Positions 51,299 through 60,529 of a stretch of DNA of 64,000 bases are shown here, in pieces (the first letter of the stretch is position 1; each line of letters starts with the position of its first letter). Below the pieces are notes generated by a model, which was not told the DNA's origin, ran no database searches, and was given only the letters and a program-made list of their open reading frames with translations. Position numbers and translations under genes: made by a program. Source of the DNA: Trichormus sp. ATA11-4-KO1 (GTDB lineage Bacteria; Cyanobacteriota; Cyanobacteriia; Cyanobacteriales; Nostocaceae); the NCBI GenBank assembly GCA_019358915.1, contig JAHHIM010000036.1:160001-224000 (forward strand). The letters are read 5' to 3'.

Positions 51299-52261
51299 TT
51301 AGGCAGCGAAAGTCACGAGCGATCGCTGCTCTGATAACCACCGTTCAGCTTCCAGGGCTGCCATACAACCTGTGCCAGCTGCGGTAATTGCCTGACGATA
51401 AATGTGATCTTGAACGTCTCCAGCCGCCCAAATGCCAGGGATATTGGTGGCTGTACTTTTACCCTGAGTTTTGATGTAGCCCGCTTCATCGAGTTCCAGT
51501 TGCTCCTGAAACAGCTGCGTGTTGGGGGTGTGTCCAATGGCGTAGAATAAACCACTTACGGCTAGCGCAGAAACTGCACCAGTGAGATTGTCTTGAACTT
51601 GGACGCAACGGAGGACGGCATCACCATCCACGCTAATAGGTGAACTATACCAATGGATGTGAATTTGGCTGTGATTGAATATGCGCTCCTGCATGGTCTT
51701 AGAAGCCCGCAGGCGAACGCTACGTACCAGTAAATGAACCTTACGGGCATACTTAGTTAAATATAAAGCTTCTTCCACAGCCGCATCACCGCCACCAACG
51801 ACAGCAATATCTGCATTCGCAAACAAAGGATTTGCCCCATCGCAAATTGCACAGGCGGAGATACCGTTATTCCAAAACTTATCCTCACCCGGCAAATGTA
51901 ATCTTTTGGCAGTTGCTCCCGTACAGATGATGAGAGCGCGAGCCTTAACTTCTAGCAAATCAGCAGAGGCTACAGCAAACGGGTATTGAGTAAAATCCAC
52001 AGCAATCACATCATCGGTGATCAATGTCGCACCCCAGCGCCTTGCCTGCTGGCGCATCTGCTGCATTAACTTTGGCCCTTGAACTCCTTCGGGGAAACCG
52101 GGATAGTTCTCTACCTCAGTGGTGGTCATCAATTGACCTCCGGGTATTCCCCCAGTACTGAAACCTTCAAATACCACGGGACTGAGTTGAGCGCGTCCCG
52201 CATAGATGGCGGCAGTATAACCAGCAGGGCCAGAACCAATAATCACCAGATTCTCGACCAT
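51299..52261 (-). CDS. trxB: NADPH-dependent thioredoxin-disulfide reductase (NTRC-like NTR module)
   Basis: [33 protein letters not shown] and AAGDV.D..YRQA motifs. Confidence 0.95.
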   Translation of the reverse strand: MVENLVIIGSGPAGYTAAIYAGRAQLSPVVFEGFSTGGIPGGQLMTTTEVENYPGFPEGVQGPKLMQQMRQQARRWGATLITDDVIAVDFTQYPFAVASADLLEVKARALIICTGATAKRLHLPGEDKFWNNGISACAICDGANPLFANADIAVVGGGDAAVEEALYLTKYARKVHLLVRSVRLRASKTMQERIFNHSQIHIHWYSSPISVDGDAVLRCVQVQDNLTGAVSALAVSGLFYAIGHTPNTQLFQEQLELDEAGYIKTQGKSTATNIPGIWAAGDVQDHIYRQAITAAGTGCMAALEAERWLSEQRSLVTFAA

Positions 52262-52268
52262 GATTAAC

Positions 52269-53120
52269 CTAACCTCCCACGAACCATTGAGTGCCGGTAA
52301 ACAGGTAGTATGCCCCAGTCAGAATTAACGCCAAACTGCCAAAGCGGATAATTCCCTCGGAATGTTTTAACAACTGATTACTTTGTTTAGCCAGTCCCGT
52401 AAATAAACTCGCTAGGAAAATCAGCATAGTATAACCTAGAGCATAGCTAACCATTGTCAGCGTACCCAATACCTGGGAACCTGTTGCTGCGGCCGCCGCC
52501 AGCACTGCAAATAGCACTGGACTAGCACAAGGGGAACTCACCAGGGCAAAAGTCAACCCCACCCCATAAGGCCCAGCCTGAGGGAGATTCACATTCATTT
52601 CGGGTAGAGGCAGCTTTACCACTCCCATCAACCACAGACCCATCACAGCCATAATCAGTCCTACTACTATATTGATATAGCCCCGGTACTCTACCATTAC
52701 GGCTCCGGCAAAAGATGAAACCAAGCCAAACAAACTTAAAATTGTCACTGCTCCCAAGACAAACAAGCCAGCCTTAGCAAAAGCATCCCAACGTGATTTA
52801 ATTTTCAGTGTACCGATGTAACTGAGGTTAACTGGTAAAAGTGCCAAGATACAGGGTGATACACTAGCAAGCACCCCACCGATAAACGCCAAAGGCAACA
52901 AAACAAAGGGATTTGCCGTATTCTGTTGGTCAAACCACTGTTGATAACGGTTTTCGACAATCGAAATCACTCGTTCAATAGGATGACTAATTACAGGCCC
53001 CAGAGTAATTACCAGAATGAGGGAGAGCAATCCCAATCCACCATAGACTAGCCATTTTTTCGAGATTTTAGAGCGCCGGGAAGCTTTATGCTCAGTGGAC
53101 GACTGAGATGTTCGTGTCAT
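52269..53120 (-). CDS. ccdA: CcdA/DsbD-type transmembrane electron transporter
   Basis: Two conserved Pro-Cys motifs (SVSPCIL, SSPCASP); multiple TM helices. Confidence 0.9.
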   Translation of the reverse strand: MTRTSQSSTEHKASRRSKISKKWLVYGGLGLLSLILVITLGPVISHPIERVISIVENRYQQWFDQQNTANPFVLLPLAFIGGVLASVSPCILALLPVNLSYIGTLKIKSRWDAFAKAGLFVLGAVTILSLFGLVSSFAGAVMVEYRGYINIVVGLIMAVMGLWLMGVVKLPLPEMNVNLPQAGPYGVGLTFALVSSPCASPVLFAVLAAAAATGSQVLGTLTMVSYALGYTMLIFLASLFTGLAKQSNQLLKHSEGIIRFGSLALILTGAYYLFTGTQWFVGG

Positions 53121-53328
53121 TAAGTTCTCCTTAAGCTATGAAGAGATGGAGTCATTTTATGTCCGTTCCCATACCCGTCATTGCGTTGGCGAACACCACT
53201 GAGATGCTCCATTTCACCTCGCAATAACAAAGGAGAAGGAATATAGCTAATACCAATTCGTCAAAATCCAGCAGATGAATCTGACAAACTTAATTACGCA
53301 TTACGAATTGGTACAAAGCCATCACTCA

Positions 53329-53934
53329 CTAAATACTCGCTAAAGCCGTGTCGAGTACTTTGGTGTAGTCATCCTTGTTCGGATTATTTTTAAAAATTGT
53401 TAAAATTTTGCCAGTAGCCGGGTCAACAATAGCTACAGTGCTTGTTTGGCTCTTGTTAGCTTCCAGAAATTTACTCAGACCTAATTTTGCTGCCCTAGCT
53501 TCCGTTTCTTTCACTGTGGCTTGATCAGTCACATCCAGAACAACAAAATTGACCTTGCCGGAATATTCCTGTTTCAATTGTGACATGGTGGGAGCAATAT
53601 TCTTGCAGCCAGGACACCAGGTAGCAAACACATCCACCACAACTGGTTTACCTTGAAGTTCTTGGGCTAGAGGACCTCCTACAGAGTTGGCTTTAGCAGC
53701 GCAGGGATTTTTAGCAGCGCATGGGTTTTTAGCAGCGCAAGGATTTTTAGCAGCGCATGGGTTTTTAGCAGCGCATGGGTTTTTAGCAGCGCATGGGTTT
53801 GCCTGAGAAACATCAGTTGATGATGGAGCTTGATTTTGAGAAATATTATCTGGGTTTGTTGCGCTGCATGATACTGTCAAAATAAGACCACTCAAACACA
53901 CTAGACTTAACAAAAATTTGCTCGATTTGTACAT
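53329..53934 (-). CDS. Lipoprotein thioredoxin (WCPGC) with six NPCAAK repeats
   Basis: SD GAGGAG before the ATG at 53934; lipobox-like LTVS-C; (NPCAAK)6; FATWCPGC. Confidence 0.88.
   Translation of the reverse strand: MYKSSKFLLSLVCLSGLILTVSCSATNPDNISQNQAPSSTDVSQANPCAAKNPCAAKNPCAAKNPCAAKNPCAAKNPCAAKANSVGGPLAQELQGKPVVVDVFATWCPGCKNIAPTMSQLKQEYSGKVNFVVLDVTDQATVKETEARAAKLGLSKFLEANKSQTSTVAIVDPATGKILTIFKNNPNKDDYTKVLDTALASI
53692..53799 (-). repeat. In-frame 18-bp x6 repeat encoding (NPCAAK)6
   Basis: Directly visible; variation between units is synonymous. Confidence 0.95.
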
Positions 53935-54062
53935 TAGGTTCTTCTCCTCACGTTTAAATAGGATGTTTTTTCCACAATGCACCTAGACGTGCATGTTCCG
54001 TTGGTTTTTCCGAGACGAGAAATTGAAATTGGAACTGTCAATTGTGGAGCATTTGTTTATAA

Positions 54063-54089
54063 GACGAATGAGCCATCAAATTTGGATTT
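54063..54089 (-). promoter_or_regulatory. Candidate ECF-sigma promoter (AAATCC-N17-CGTC), copy 1
   Basis: Conserved with copy 2, including spacing, while the spacer sequence varies. Confidence 0.5.
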
Positions 54090-54178
54090 ATAAATTCAAA
54101 ATGTTTTCTTAGCACTAAGTACAACATTTCATTAATTCGTAGCGAATTCTTTGCGTACCTCTGCGCATCCCTCTGCAC

Positions 54179-54319
54179 ACGACAGTCGCTACAAGTCGGC
54201 AAAGCCTTATGCCTACGGCACGCTACGCGGTAAGCGCAGCTATGCCCGTTAGGGCTTTACGGCAGTTCCTCTTTGGGGAAACCACCAAGACCGGACTGCC
54301 TCACCAACGCGCTGTCTCC
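54179..54319. repeat. Nested small dispersed hairpin repeats
   Basis: The outer element (as at 46015-46060) is interrupted by elements also seen near 40795 and 57108. Confidence 0.7.
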
Positions 54320-54441
54320 CCTTTGTGTTTAAATTTCCACCCTCAATTCGCCACGATTTTACGCAAATCTGTACTAAGTGGCGTTTGCAGCCATAAAAAG
54401 CTAGCTTTACCCCTAAAGATAGGGGCAAAGCCATAATTCAA

Positions 54442-54975
54442 TTAATTGTTTGCTAAAGCGGTTTCGAGTATCTTGGTGTAATCAGCCTTATTGGCATTGT
54501 TTTGGTACAGAGCTAAAATGTTGCCAGTAGCCGGGTCAACAATAGCTACTGTGCTTGTTTTGCTCTTATTAGCCTCTAGGAATTTCCCTAGACCTAATTT
54601 TTCAGCTTTAGCTTGCGTTTCTTTGAGTTTGGCCTTATCAGTTACATCCAGAACGACAAAGTTGACCTTGCCGGAGTATTCCTGTTTCAATTGTGACAGG
54701 GTAGGAGCAATATTCTTGCAGCCAGGACACCAAGTCGCAAATACGTCCACTACGACTGGTTTACCTTGAAGTTCTTGGGCTAGAGGCCCTCCCACAGAAT
54801 TGGCTTTAGCAGCACAAGGATTTTTGGACGCACAAGGATTTGCCTGAGCAAGTTTTGTAATTGATGATTGAGCTTCAGTTGCAGAAATACTAGCTGAGGT
54901 TGTTGCTACCATCGATACTGTAAAAACAAGGCTGCTCAAACAGATGTTGAGCAAGAAATTCCCATGTTTGCGCAT
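54442..54975 (-). CDS. Secreted thioredoxin (WCPGC) with two NPCA(S/A)K repeats, paralogue of 53329-53934
   Basis: Sec-type signal peptide; Trx domain nearly identical to the neighbouring gene. Confidence 0.88.
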   Translation of the reverse strand: MRKHGNFLLNICLSSLVFTVSMVATTSASISATEAQSSITKLAQANPCASKNPCAAKANSVGGPLAQELQGKPVVVDVFATWCPGCKNIAPTLSQLKQEYSGKVNFVVLDVTDKAKLKETQAKAEKLGLGKFLEANKSKTSTVAIVDPATGNILALYQNNANKADYTKILETALANN

Positions 54976-55107
54976 ACAATTTTTCCTGTTTTATAGCTTC
55001 AATTGCAGGACGGATGCTGCCACAATGCCAAATACCAAGTTTTGCGGTTTTTCCCTAAAATAGGGAACTAAAACTGGAACTGTGAATTTTGGAGCATCTG
55101 CTTATAA

Positions 55108-55134
55108 GACGACTGAGCTATCAAAATCGGATTT
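55108..55134 (-). promoter_or_regulatory. Candidate ECF-sigma promoter (AAATCC-N17-CGTC), copy 2
   Basis: Same boxes and spacing as 54063-54089. Confidence 0.5.
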
Positions 55135-55212
55135 AATTAAATTTAAAATGGTCTAAAAAAACCTACCTTTAAAAGACTGAATCGCCCCCTGAGGGTGTTT
55201 GGAATTGACTCG

Positions 55213-55635
55213 CTAGTCAATGTCAACCATTGGAGCTCGTTCGCCACGACACCATTGAAAGAAATCCCGAGCGTCTAGTACAAGGGAAATTAATACTGTA
55301 CCAGTTACTTCCCAAGCCCACGCCATCAAGAGACTTGAATCAAGTGATTGATAGTAGAAGACGAACAAGAAAGGAATTGGTGTCCACCAAATTAAATGTG
55401 CCAGCCCCAAGAGCTTGACTAAGCCAAAGCGCAGAGCCAGCCAGCCGCCGAAGATAATGTTTCCCATCTGGCAAATACTAACAGCAAGACCAAATGGGTG
55501 AGAAAGGAAGAATAAGGTAGCTACTCCACTGCACAAAATGAGCCACCAAAGCCAAGCTTGCAGATGTCGCGGAAGTCGGGCCAATTGCCTCACAAACCGA
55601 ACGAACGAGTATTTAGGAGAGGTCATAAAGTACAT
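55213..55635 (-). CDS. Small integral membrane hypothetical protein
   Basis: About 4 TM segments; KLLGLAHLIWWTP and ISLVLD.RD...W.RGER. Confidence 0.7.
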   Translation of the reverse strand: MYFMTSPKYSFVRFVRQLARLPRHLQAWLWWLILCSGVATLFFLSHPFGLAVSICQMGNIIFGGWLALRFGLVKLLGLAHLIWWTPIPFLFVFYYQSLDSSLLMAWAWEVTGTVLISLVLDARDFFQWCRGERAPMVDID

Positions 55636-55748
55636 TCAATAAAGTTACTTTACTGAATGTACTTTATTGAGAATGAACTAGTCTCACGCAGAGGCGCAGA
55701 AAGTAAGAGATGGAAATCTTGCATTGTGAATTTTCTACTCGTATTCAG

Positions 55749-56030
55749 CTACTTATGCTGCATAAACTCAACTTTAGGTATTAAAGGGTCAGTCACCATA
55801 CCCACACCACTAAAACCCCAACGTTTGAGTAAGTTTCCCAACTGTGTACCCGGAAGGGATTCTACAGCAAAGCGGTTTGCTACTTCTGCCGCATGGGCGT
55901 TGAGATAACTTAAAGCATCAAAGTGTTCACGAAAGAGCAACAAATAACCTGATGATTCGGCGTTGGGATGAGCTATGAGATAACGTCCATCGGTTTGCGA
56001 TCGCACTATGTAATAAATTTCAGAGAACAT
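55749..56030 (-). CDS. Conserved hypothetical protein
   Basis: 93 aa, directly downstream of the ABC permease. Confidence 0.78.
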   Translation of the reverse strand: MFSEIYYIVRSQTDGRYLIAHPNAESSGYLLLFREHFDALSYLNAHAAEVANRFAVESLPGTQLGNLLKRWGFSGVGMVTDPLIPKVEFMQHK

Positions 56031-56036
56031 ACTAAA

Positions 56037-57077
56037 TTAAGATTCCAGACGAATCCTGGGGTCGGCTACCTTTAACAATAAATCTGCCATTAAGTTGCCG
56101 ATATTCAGCAGTACGGCACTCATTACTAGGCTAGCCATGACTAGATACTGGTCTTTAGCCATCACCGCCTGCAAAGTCAATCTTCCTAAACCAGGCCAGT
56201 TAAAGAACTGTTCCGCAATGAATGCACCACCTAATAAACCAGCTAACTCAAAGCCTAACAAAGTAATCAAAGGGTTGATAGCATTACGCAGCGCATGAAC
56301 GTAAATCACGCGATTTTCTGGTAGTCCCTTGGCACGTGCTGTTTGGATGTAATCTTGACGTAGAACATCTAATAATTCACCGCGAGTGATTCTTTGCAAA
56401 CCAGCAAAACTAGTGATACTCAAGGCTACAGTAGGTAAAATCAGATGCCAGCCAATATCGATGATTTTACCAAACCAAGAAAAATCAGCATGATTGATAC
56501 TAGTCATGCCACCCACTGGAAAAATAGGTGAGGTCATTTGCGCAAAGATGAGCAGGAAGAGGGCTGTAATGAAACTAGGAAATCCTTGCCCAGTGTAACT
56601 AATTACCTGTAAAATTCGGTCAGTGGCTCGATTTTGCTTCACAGCAGCCAAAATCCCCAAAGGAATTGCTATTGACCAGGTGAAAAACAAAGAAGCGATC
56701 GCTAAAAGTAAAGTTGCTGGTATCCGCTCCCACAATAAAGAAGCTACTGAGCGTTGGTAAACAAAACTTGTCCCAAAATCCCCTTTTGTCAAGATTTGCC
56801 ATAACCACAGCCAAAACTGCTCTGGCCAAGATTTATCCAAACCAAACTGCTGTCTTAATTCCTCAATTCGCTCTGGAGAAATTGTCGGATTTTGTCGCAG
56901 GGTATCGACATAATCCCCTGGAGATAATTTCATGATGAAAAATGACAGCGCCGTTGCCAAAAACAAGGTGAACAGTGCTTGCAATATCCGTTTCACCACA
57001 TAAACAAAGGTCTCACTAGTGACTAGCCGCATCAGCCAATCCCGACCTGTCTCCAAGGAAATTCTCGTAGAAGTCAT
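56037..57077 (-). CDS. Peptide/nickel ABC transporter permease (DppB/OppB-like)
   Basis: PGD, FGLD, GDFGTSF and DYIQTARAKGL (EAA) motifs. Confidence 0.93.
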   Translation of the reverse strand: MTSTRISLETGRDWLMRLVTSETFVYVVKRILQALFTLFLATALSFFIMKLSPGDYVDTLRQNPTISPERIEELRQQFGLDKSWPEQFWLWLWQILTKGDFGTSFVYQRSVASLLWERIPATLLLAIASLFFTWSIAIPLGILAAVKQNRATDRILQVISYTGQGFPSFITALFLLIFAQMTSPIFPVGGMTSINHADFSWFGKIIDIGWHLILPTVALSITSFAGLQRITRGELLDVLRQDYIQTARAKGLPENRVIYVHALRNAINPLITLLGFELAGLLGGAFIAEQFFNWPGLGRLTLQAVMAKDQYLVMASLVMSAVLLNIGNLMADLLLKVADPRIRLES

Positions 57078-57107
57078 AGCAGTTTAGTCATTGGTCACTG
57101 GTCATTG

Positions 57108-57188
57108 GTGAGTCAGTGCGGTCTTGGGGGAAACCCCCATGAGCAACTGACGCTCGTCGTAGACGTGCCGTAGGCATCACCCGAAGGG
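57108..57188. repeat. Small hairpin repeats inserted in a (GTCATTG)n heptamer array
   Basis: GTGAGTCAGTGCGGTCTTGGGGGAAACCCCCATGAGCAACTGAC, homologous in inverse orientation to 54261-54304. Confidence 0.65.
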
Positions 57189-57230
57189 TCATTAGTCATT
57201 GGCTGAGGAAATAGGACAAAGCACACATGA

Positions 57231-57749
57231 CTAATATTCAATTAGGGAAATAATAGGCACATCTGGGAGATGTTTCCGTCCTTGTAAATCCCGTAGCTCG
57301 ATAATAAACCCAAAACCCACCAGTTCGCAGCCAATCTTTTGTACCAACTTAGCTGTGGCACTTGCTGTGCCACCTGTGGCAATCAAATCATCCACAATTA
57401 AAACACGGCTATCTGGGTGCAACGCGTCTTGATGCATTTCCAAACAGTCTGTACCATACTCTAGTTGATATTCAATGGAGTGAACTGCTGCTGGTAGTTT
57501 CCCCGGTTTCCGCACAGGAATAAAACCAGCTCCTAATTTATAAGCTAAAGGAGGGCCAAAAATGAATCCCCTAGACTCCATGCCTACAACATAATCTGCT
57601 GTTAATCCAGACTCAATGCATTTTTCCGTAAAAAAGTCAATAGTGTAGCGTAATCCTTCTGGATCACGCAGTAAAGTAGTAATATCCCGAAATAAAATTC
57701 CGGGTTTGGGAAAATCTGGGATGTTGCGAATTAGAGACTTTAAATCCAT
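57231..57749 (-). CDS. apt: Adenine phosphoribosyltransferase
   Basis: [18 protein letters not shown] and [10 protein letters not shown] motifs. Confidence 0.97.
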   Translation of the reverse strand: MDLKSLIRNIPDFPKPGILFRDITTLLRDPEGLRYTIDFFTEKCIESGLTADYVVGMESRGFIFGPPLAYKLGAGFIPVRKPGKLPAAVHSIEYQLEYGTDCLEMHQDALHPDSRVLIVDDLIATGGTASATAKLVQKIGCELVGFGFIIELRDLQGRKHLPDVPIISLIEY

Positions 57750-58192
57750 AAGTTTATGAGGGAGTAGGGAGACGGGGAGTACGGGAGCAGGGGAGCAGGG
57801 GAGCAGTAATGTAATTTTTGGAGTTACCTAAATATATAAGTTTTTTTCTCTTCCGCCCCTCTGCCTCTTTCCAGTCCCCAATACCTGAAAAATCGTACAC
57901 TATAATGTCATACGCTGGGGATCGAGACTCTAGTACAAAAATCCATTGACGATACTGAGAATCTACACCAATCTAAAGATAAGCTGGTACTAACAAAACA
58001 GGAGAGTAAACTGAGGCTTTGAAAACTTAAATTTAAGTATACGGAAATCTTTGAGTAGAGCAAGTAAGTGATGTATATATCAGTTAGACTGGCTACTGCC
58101 ACAAGTCTAATTTTCTGGTTTAGCTACTTATCTTAAATTAGTTGTACTAGTTTTATTTAGTCTGTTTAGAACCGCACAAGGTATTTTAGAGC

Positions 58193-58819
58193 ATGAATGT
58201 CTCCGCCAGCTTAACGCCGTTGAATAGTCCAACCCCTCCATCATTGCCGATGATTCTGGATACTTTACCAGACCCTGCCATAGCAGCACAGGGTTGTCCT
58301 GCTAGAACCCGGCTGCAAGTTGACCTAATTTTACTGGCGATTGAAGCTTTAGAGCTTGGTGGTTCTGAAGCCATTCTGACTTTTGCTGAAGAATTAGAAT
58401 TAAAGGGAATTATTAAAGACCGGGTGAATTTGTGGAGAATGCGTAGCTCTAACCCGATGCGACGAGCGCATATTCGCCGTCCCTTAACCATTATGGAGGC
58501 AAAAGCTTTAGTGGTAATTGCTTGTTATATAGCGCGGCGTTTAACAGTCGTCATTCGCCAGATGCTGATGATATATCAGCAAATGAGTGAAAAGCAAATC
58601 CCACTAGAACAGAATTTGCGGCTATCTAATTATCTAGAGCGGTTTAGAGTACATTTTAAAAGTCGGATGAATGCTCGACGTTCTGGCTTACTAGCATTAA
58701 CTTCTGATGAAAAATTAGATGAGCTAGCAATGAATTTGTTGGGACAATTATTATTTTGTACTGGCACTGCTGGAATGCAGCGATTTTGGATTAGTCTTTT
58801 TGACGGTGAAATAGAATGA
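58193..58819 (+). CDS. DUF3038 family protein
   Basis: DLILLAIEAL...LWRMRSSNPMRR...G.QRFWISLFDGE. Confidence 0.82.
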   Translation: MNVSASLTPLNSPTPPSLPMILDTLPDPAIAAQGCPARTRLQVDLILLAIEALELGGSEAILTFAEELELKGIIKDRVNLWRMRSSNPMRRAHIRRPLTIMEAKALVVIACYIARRLTVVIRQMLMIYQQMSEKQIPLEQNLRLSNYLERFRVHFKSRMNARRSGLLALTSDEKLDELAMNLLGQLLFCTGTAGMQRFWISLFDGEIE

Positions 58820-60276
58820 ATATCCAACGTAAGTACAGTCTACCTAATTGTACTCTGCTGTTAGAGGGTTTGAGTGACGCAGCAAAAACTGCACAATATC
58901 AAGAAATGCGCCCAGAACTATCAATATTGGTAAATGCCGAATGCTATATACATGGCTATAATCAGCCCCTAGTGGGAGGGCGAGAATTTTTTGAAAGCTT
59001 GGTAAGAGCGGTGAGTGGCTATGCCCAAGAATTTTTGAGTAATGTGTCTAACCCCCAAGCGCACAGTCAAGAGTCAGAATTAGTGGAGTTACAGAAAATT
59101 GACACTAATCGACACAGGCTGACTGTACATTCGGAAATCACCTCAGAGGGCTTTGAATCTAATCCTAACTATAATAAACCGCCCATTCAAATAGATTTGA
59201 ATACGGTGCAATTATTTGATTTAGTGGAAGCTGTAGACCAGTTTTTTGCTGATACCCAAACCTTACCAGAGTTGTCATTAGAATTACGACCAGTTGCTCG
59301 ACGTTACGGCAGTAATAATCAAACCTTCTTCAAGCAGGCAGTACCGGCGAGTATCGGCGTTTCCAGTGTAGCAGTGGCCGCGATCGCCTTTAGCTTGATT
59401 CCCGCCCCAGAGTTACGTCCACCAGAACCCAAACCAGAGGAGCAGACTACCTCTACAGCACCTAGCAACAAATCTGCTACACCACCAACAACAACACCCC
59501 CAGATTTAGAGACTCCTGCATCAAATTCTGTGGCTGTCGCCAGTCCCACACCGACCCCCACAGCAGAATCAACACCAGTAGTTACAGATTTAGCAGCACT
59601 CTTAAACACAGTTACAGAAATTACAGATCCATCCCAACTACGCGCCCTAAATCGCCAAGTTTATAACCAAATTAATCCAACTTGGGCTAGTCGTTCAACA
59701 CTCCAGCAAGATTTAGTCTATCGTGTGGGTGTAGCGGCAGATGGTGCGATCGTCGGCTATAAAGCGGTAAATAAAGGAGCCAATGAAGCAATAGAGTTAA
59801 CTCCTTTGCCCAAACTGCTTTACAATCCTGCCAACCGTCCGCCGATTTCTAATGAACCAATAGCCCAATTTAAAGTAGTTTTTACCACCCAAGGTGTCCT
59901 GGAAGTTAGCCCTTGGCGAGGATATGCCAGAATACCAGAGGTCATCGGTGCAAAAATCACTGACTCTAACACAGTTAAAACTTTAAACCAAAAACTTTAT
60001 GATGTAGTTCGCGACAATTGGGGTGGTACTCCTAGTTATACAAGCGATTTAAAATATCGGGTAGCAGTAAACAAAGATGGCATGATTGCCGACTATGAAC
60101 CACTTAACCAAGTCGCCTTTGACTATTTTCGAGAAACACCCCTACCAAAGATGTTTCAAGAGATTTATGGTTCCAATGTGGCGGCTCCCAATAACAAAGA
60201 ACCTCTCGCGCATTTTCAAGTAGTCTTCAAACCCAGTGGCGTATTAGAAGTGACTCCTTGGCAAGGGTATAAGTGA
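58816..60276 (+). CDS. DUF4335 family membrane protein
   Basis: RKYSLPNCTL.LEG, one TM helix, Pro/Thr linker, duplicated C-terminal domain; overlaps the DUF3038 stop. Confidence 0.82.
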   Translation: MNIQRKYSLPNCTLLLEGLSDAAKTAQYQEMRPELSILVNAECYIHGYNQPLVGGREFFESLVRAVSGYAQEFLSNVSNPQAHSQESELVELQKIDTNRHRLTVHSEITSEGFESNPNYNKPPIQIDLNTVQLFDLVEAVDQFFADTQTLPELSLELRPVARRYGSNNQTFFKQAVPASIGVSSVAVAAIAFSLIPAPELRPPEPKPEEQTTSTAPSNKSATPPTTTPPDLETPASNSVAVASPTPTPTAESTPVVTDLAALLNTVTEITDPSQLRALNRQVYNQINPTWASRSTLQQDLVYRVGVAADGAIVGYKAVNKGANEAIELTPLPKLLYNPANRPPISNEPIAQFKVVFTTQGVLEVSPWRGYARIPEVIGAKITDSNTVKTLNQKLYDVVRDNWGGTPSYTSDLKYRVAVNKDGMIADYEPLNQVAFDYFRETPLPKMFQEIYGSNVAAPNNKEPLAHFQVVFKPSGVLEVTPWQGYK

Positions 60277-60295
60277 TTGGAGATGGGGGGATGGG

Positions 60296-60468
60296 CAGGG
60301 CTGTTTCATTCCCTAAAAGGGTTAAAATTGCAAGGGCAAATCCACAATTAAGACCGAAAATTTTGGCATCTTCAGTCCGAAATACCTGATTTTTCTTTGC
60401 GTCTTTGCGCCTTTGCGTGAGATTATCCTCTTGACAAATCTCCAACACAAGCGAATGAAACAGCCCTG
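60296..60468. mobile_element. 173-bp MITE, copy 2
   Basis: Perfect 16-bp TIR CAGGGCTGTTTCATTC / GAATGAAACAGCCCTG; flanked by G(n)ATGGG duplications. Confidence 0.92.
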
Positions 60469-60529
60469 GGGGGGGATGGGGGGATGGGGAAGCATTTTCG
60501 TTCTTGACCCCTTGTCCTCCCCACTCCCC

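Noticed and set aside
51264..51341. Programmed frameshift fusing trxB to the downstream trx
   Set aside because: The trx frame is open across the trxB end, but I saw no slippery site before the stop, and trx has its own strong SD and ATG.
53692..53799. 18-bp tandem repeat as a non-coding VNTR or CRISPR
   Set aside because: No spacers; variation is synonymous within a coding frame.
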